Assembly (NCBI GenBank): GCA_021787985.1
Contig: JAJYLG010000009.1
Span: 141 to 64,140 of the forward strand
DNA from: Chloroflexota bacterium
GTDB taxonomy: Bacteria > Chloroflexota > Dehalococcoidia > DSGV01
Reading direction: 5' to 3'
Length of the DNA stretch: 64,000 bases
Below are positions 60,408-64,000 of the stretch, piece after piece. The translations under genes and the position numbers were made by a program. The stretch's first letter is position 1. Each line of letters starts with the position of its first letter. The notes under the pieces are model-generated. The model worked only from the letters and a program-made list of their open reading frames with translations, searched no databases and had not been told where the DNA came from.

Positions 60408-61106
60408 TCAGCTCGCGTGCCGCGCCGCGCCGGGGATCACCGTGGCGGGCGTGGGCTTCCCGATCCGTATGACCATCACCGCCGTCGCGGACGCCAGCCA
60501 TACCGCGTACAGCGGGTACGGCACGTACGCCGCCAACCAGCCGTCGGCCGCCAGGGGCCCGGAGTCCAGGACGATACCGAACACCGGAGCCAACTGCGCG
60601 GCGGCGGCCGCCGCCGAGAGCCATGCCAGCCAGGCCGGGAAGGCCCTGGTCCGAAGCGACAGGACCGCGACCGCGATCAGCATCACCGCCAGGGGCAGGT
60701 TGGCGACCGTGAACAGCGCGTCCATCGTCCCGACCAGCGCCGGCTGCCCCGCGTCTTTGGCGGCCGTGGCCAGACCGATCTGGAAGGTCAGAGCCACTAC
60801 CGTGATCATCGTCGAGGCGACACCCGCGCCGAATGCCACCGTTGACAGCCTGCCGGTGCCGCCCTCGGCCCGGAACAGGAAGCTGCGCAGGCTGCCCACG
60901 AACCACAGGAAGAACCCGGCCCCGATCACGAAGAGCAGGGCCTGCGCCAGGAGCGCTCCCCGGTTGTCGGCGAAGTAGTCCGCGATCTTTGCAACCGGAT
61001 CGCTTGCGCGCACCGGCCCTCGCTCGAATACGACCGCCGCGGCGCCGGCCAGGAGCGCCCCGAACCCGCTCGCCGCCCCCCAGCGCTCCCATCTCGTCTC
61101 GGTCAT
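60408..61106 (-). CDS. Integral membrane protein, hypothetical
   Basis: 232 aa, about 6 TM. Confidence 0.5.
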   Translation of the reverse strand: MTETRWERWGAASGFGALLAGAAAVVFERGPVRASDPVAKIADYFADNRGALLAQALLFVIGAGFFLWFVGSLRSFLFRAEGGTGRLSTVAFGAGVASTMITVVALTFQIGLATAAKDAGQPALVGTMDALFTVANLPLAVMLIAVAVLSLRTRAFPAWLAWLSAAAAAAQLAPVFGIVLDSGPLAADGWLAAYVPYPLYAVWLASATAVMVIRIGKPTPATVIPGAARHAS

Positions 61107-61158
61107 GACGCCTCCGCCTTCTGCTGGTGAGCCCAGCGTTTCCGCGTCGCGGCGCGGA

Positions 61159-61557
61159 TCAAGCTCGCCGCGCCGCTTCGTGCCGGCGGCAGTCGGTCCG
61201 CGGCTGAACGTCGTGCGCGAAGGCGGTCACGAGGATCAGGACGAGCAACAAGGGCGTCACGGCCGTCACCAGCGGCGTGAGTCGCAGGATACGCTCGGCG
61301 ACGAGGGCGGCGATGAGCCACGACGCCACGGCCCACGTGAGGTAGGCGACCAGGACCCACGGCCAGAGCCGCGCCAGCATCCGCGCTGTGCCCGGTGGCA
61401 GGTGCGCTCGCCACCACGTGAGCGGCGCGTCGATCTGGGTGCCGGCGATCCCCGCGATGACGCCGACCCACAGGCTCGTGAAGCCTCCGCCGACCAGGAA
61501 GAGGACGGCGGTGAGCAGGAGCAGCACGCGGCCCCCGTGCCGATTCCGTCCGCTCAT
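61159..61557 (-). CDS. Membrane protein, hypothetical
   Basis: 132 aa, 3-4 TM. ATGA overlap with the upstream MBL gene. Confidence 0.45.
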   Translation of the reverse strand: MSGRNRHGGRVLLLLTAVLFLVGGGFTSLWVGVIAGIAGTQIDAPLTWWRAHLPPGTARMLARLWPWVLVAYLTWAVASWLIAALVAERILRLTPLVTAVTPLLLVLILVTAFAHDVQPRTDCRRHEAARRA

Positions 61558-62264
61558 GCGCGGCCCCTCGGCAACCGCTCCATCGGAAATGGTCTGCCGT
61601 GCCCGGGGTAGACCATCCGGACGCCCAGCCCGCGCAGTCGCTCGACGCTCGCCCTGGCGGCCGTCAGGTCGTTGATGAAGAACTCCAGCCCTGGTCTGAA
61701 GAAGAAATTGGCCAGCAAGTCGCCGCAGAACAGATCACGGCCGCTCGTGAGGATGCCGATCGAACCCGGCGTGTGACCGGGCAGGTGGAGGACCCGGGCA
61801 TCGGACCCGTAGTCGTCCAGGCTCTGCCCGTCCTCGAGGTAGAGGTCTGGTTGGAAAGTATCGAACGGGCCCGGCTTGATGAACAACGCCGCGATCCTGA
61901 AAAGCGCCGAGAAGCGGTCCGGCTTGGCTTTGAGCCCCCAGTTCCAGTCGCCGCGCTCGACCCGCCCGACATCGTCACGGTGCATGGCCAGCTTGGCACC
62001 GAACCTCTCCCGGAGATGGGCGGCATTGCCCGCGTGGTCGTAGTCGCCGTGGGTGAGCACGATGAGCTGCAGCCTGCCTGGCACGCAGCCCGCCTTCGCC
62101 AGCGCCGTGTCGATGTCGGCGCGCCTGCTGGGCAGCCCGGTGTCCACCATGACGAAGCCGCTGCCGGCAGGGAGTAGATAGCAGTTGGCGCTTGCCAGGG
62201 CGATGGTTGTGATGTGCGCACCGCCGATCGCTGTCGTCGGCCTCGGTACCCCGCTCCCTGTCAT
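61554..62264 (-). CDS. MBL-fold metallo-hydrolase
   Basis: LTHGDYDHAGNAAHL (HxHxDH) and LPGHTPGS motifs. Confidence 0.8.
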   Translation of the reverse strand: MTGSGVPRPTTAIGGAHITTIALASANCYLLPAGSGFVMVDTGLPSRRADIDTALAKAGCVPGRLQLIVLTHGDYDHAGNAAHLRERFGAKLAMHRDDVGRVERGDWNWGLKAKPDRFSALFRIAALFIKPGPFDTFQPDLYLEDGQSLDDYGSDARVLHLPGHTPGSIGILTSGRDLFCGDLLANFFFRPGLEFFINDLTAARASVERLRGLGVRMVYPGHGRPFPMERLPRGRA

Positions 62265-62511
62265 TCCGTGTCTCTCCTGTCCCGGGGTGTGTTGGCCCCG
62301 GGTCCTGGCCCGCGCTTTCTCACTGACGACCGGACCTCCGCCCAGCGCTTCGTGACGGTAGCATAGGCGTAGTCTTTCCGGGCACGTGTGTTGTTCTTAT
62401 GACGGAGGATACGCCCGCTCCTCTCCTTCGCGAAACTCCACACGCTTCGCTGCGCGACCCTCGCCGCGCGAGGCGGCGTCCAGCTCCCGGACCAGCTACA
62501 ATGACGCCGCG

Positions 62512-63000
62512 ATGGAAGCGACCCGCGAGGCGCGCACGGCGCGCCTCTTGTGTGTCACGCACGCGGCCGAGGAGACGCGGGCGCTCGGCCGGCGGCTCGG
62601 CGCGCTGCTGCGGCCGGGCGACGTGGTGCTGCTCTACGGGGAGCTGGGCGCGGGCAAGACGTGCCTGGCGCAGGGCGTCGGCGAGGCGCTGGACGCTCCC
62701 GAGCCGGTGAACAGCCCATCGTTCATCCTGCTGAACGAGTACGCCGGCCGGCTGGTGCTCTATCACGCTGACCTGTACCGCATCGCGGACCCTGGCGAGG
62801 CGTTCGATCTGGGGCTGGGGACGTACACGACCGACGGCGTGCTGGTGGTGGAGTGGCCCGAGCGGGCCGAAGCCGCCCTGCCGGCCGGCCACCTCGCCCT
62901 GCGGTTGGAACACGCCGGCGGCGATGTTCGGCGGGTCCTCGGCTGGGCGACGGACGCGCGCCACGAGCGGCTGCTCGAGGCGCTGGCCCGGGCCGGCTGA
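62512..63000 (+). CDS. tsaE: tRNA threonylcarbamoyladenosine biosynthesis protein TsaE (YjeE ATPase)
   Basis: LYGELGAGKT Walker A; NSPSF...Y..DLYR pattern. Confidence 0.85.
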   Translation: MEATREARTARLLCVTHAAEETRALGRRLGALLRPGDVVLLYGELGAGKTCLAQGVGEALDAPEPVNSPSFILLNEYAGRLVLYHADLYRIADPGEAFDLGLGTYTTDGVLVVEWPERAEAALPAGHLALRLEHAGGDVRRVLGWATDARHERLLEALARAG

Positions 63001-63725
63001 TGCACGCCTTGTGCGTCGAGACGGCGGGACCGCTCTATGGGGTCGCGCTCGTGGACCTGCCTGCCGGTCCGGCGGGGGCAGGCGACGCGGGCCCGCTGGC
63101 GGAGGTCACGTGGCGCACGAGCGGGCGGCACGGCGCGGAGCTCGCGTCGCGCATCGAGGCACTGGTCGCCGACCACGGGCTGCGAATGGGCGACCTGGAC
63201 GGGTTCCTGGTGGACCTGGGGCCGGGGAGCTACGCCGGCCTCCGCGCTGGCGTGAGCACTGTGCTGGCGCTGGCGTCGGCCACCGGCAAGCCGGCCGCAG
63301 GCGTGGGGCGGCTGGAGCTGGATGCGACGCCCTTCCGCCAGGCCGGCATGCGCTGCCTGGCGGTGCATGACGCGGGCGGCGGAGACTGGGCCTGGGCGGT
63401 CGTTGGGCCAGGCGGGATGGAGTCCGGCCCACGTCTCGGCCCCGCGGGGTCGGTCGGCGAGAGCGTGCCGGAGGTGGACGTCGTGCTGGGCGAGGTCGAC
63501 GCGCCGCTGGCCGATGCCCTGCGGGCGCGCTTTCCTGGCGCACGCTTCGCCGTTGCGCGGCCGTGGCTGCGCCAGGCGTGGTGGCTGGCGGTCGGTGGGT
63601 GGGAGCGGTTGCGGGCGGCCCGTGCGGGCGACCTGGCGGCGCTGCAGCCGTGGTACCTGCGCGAACCGAAGATCACGCCGTCGCCGAAGGTGCGGGCAGG
63701 GCCAATCGGACCATCGGAGGGATGA
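63000..63725 (+). CDS. tsaB: tRNA threonylcarbamoyladenosine biosynthesis protein TsaB (YeaZ)
   Basis: MHALCVETAGPLYGVAL...LVDLGPGSYAGLRAGVS; 1-nt overlap with tsaE. Confidence 0.8.
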   Translation: MHALCVETAGPLYGVALVDLPAGPAGAGDAGPLAEVTWRTSGRHGAELASRIEALVADHGLRMGDLDGFLVDLGPGSYAGLRAGVSTVLALASATGKPAAGVGRLELDATPFRQAGMRCLAVHDAGGGDWAWAVVGPGGMESGPRLGPAGSVGESVPEVDVVLGEVDAPLADALRARFPGARFAVARPWLRQAWWLAVGGWERLRAARAGDLAALQPWYLREPKITPSPKVRAGPIGPSEG

Positions 63726-64000
63726 CAGGAGTGGAACGTACGCTGGTGCTGGTGAAGCCTGACGCGATGCAGCGCGGGCTGGCGGGCGAGGTGATCTCAC
63801 GGCTGGAACGCCGGGGCCTGCGCATCGTCGGCCTGAAGCTGATGCAGGTGAGCAGGGCGCTCGCCGAGCGGCACTACGGCGAGCACCAAGGGAAGGGCTT
63901 CTACGCCGGGCTGATCGACTACATCACCTCGGCCCCCGTGGTCGCGGCGGTGTTCGAGGGGGCGAACGCCATCGAGGCGGCGCGGCAGGCCATGGGCGCG
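63722..64000 (+). CDS. ndk: Nucleoside diphosphate kinase (partial, 3' end beyond window)
   Basis: ERTLVLVKPDAMQRGLAGEVISRLERRGLRIVGLK...; ATGA overlap with tsaB. Confidence 0.9.
   Translation, partial: MTGVERTLVLVKPDAMQRGLAGEVISRLERRGLRIVGLKLMQVSRALAERHYGEHQGKGFYAGLIDYITSAPVVAAVFEGANAIEAARQAMGA

Noticed and set aside
62265-62511. Possible leaderless tsaE transcript from a TACAAT -10 box 10 nt upstream of ATG, and hairpin CCCGGGG-N7-CCCCGGG
   Set aside because: No convincing -35 element; too speculative to call a promoter from sequence alone.

Overview
This is a 64 kb window of a very GC-rich (about 70%) bacterial chromosome. Codon usage, GGAGG-type ribosome-binding sites and gene content (hspR, several Uma2/DUF820 copies, sqr/dsrE/tusA, SHOCT) fit a high-GC Terrabacteria lineage, either Chloroflexota/Thermomicrobia-like or Actinobacteria-like. 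I cannot place it more precisely from sequence alone. Most of the window is densely packed core and accessory genes. Many long antisense 'shadow' ORFs in the six-frame track are GC artefacts.

Main content, in order:
- MrfA/YprA-type DEAH helicase with a DUF1998 Zn finger. A VapBC toxin-antitoxin pair separates it from a partial MrfB/YprB-like DnaQ exonuclease that runs off the 5' edge.
- Amidohydrolase, then a YcgR-like PilZ protein.
- crcB preceded by an apparently unannotated fluoride riboswitch.
- Heat-shock locus: hsp20, dnaJ/cbpA-like, hspR, an O-methyltransferase and a ClpB-like AAA+ chaperone.
- A lower-GC islet: IS256 transposase fragment, a small ORF plus a soluble SDH/S49 ClpP-like peptidase, and a second VapBC pair.
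- DUF72 gene with an in-frame TGA.
- Canonical clpB at the end of a long same-strand gene string headed by an ECF sigma factor. The anti-sigma partner joins a zf-HC2 domain to an eRF1-like release-factor domain whose GGQ motif reads GGW. Between it and clpB lie a rhomboid protease, a membrane SDH/S49 protease and one hypothetical ORF.
- Acyl-CoA dehydrogenase, SIMPL protein and an M1 aminopeptidase.
- Two paralogous Uma2/DUF820 endonuclease genes about 19 kb apart.
- MFS transporters, mobA, and an overlapping three-gene operon ending in a Zn-ribbon NUDIX hydrolase.
- rpiB, corA, cysteine synthase, DsrE-TusA-SQR, SHOCT proteins, and a cupredoxin with an OmpR-type two-component pair.
- Third and fourth PIN toxin modules (VapBC and Phd-PIN).
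- lgt and fumC.
- A radical-SAM protein and a GRDB-family ORF with an in-frame UGA plus downstream hairpin, which I read as a candidate selenoprotein.
- An MBL hydrolase, then tsaE-tsaB-ndk at the 3' edge.

I also see a dispersed GAGAYYT heptamer-repeat element at four intergenic sites, a 13-bp palindrome shared by two promoters, and tandem GC hairpins.

I found no rRNA, tRNA or CRISPR array.
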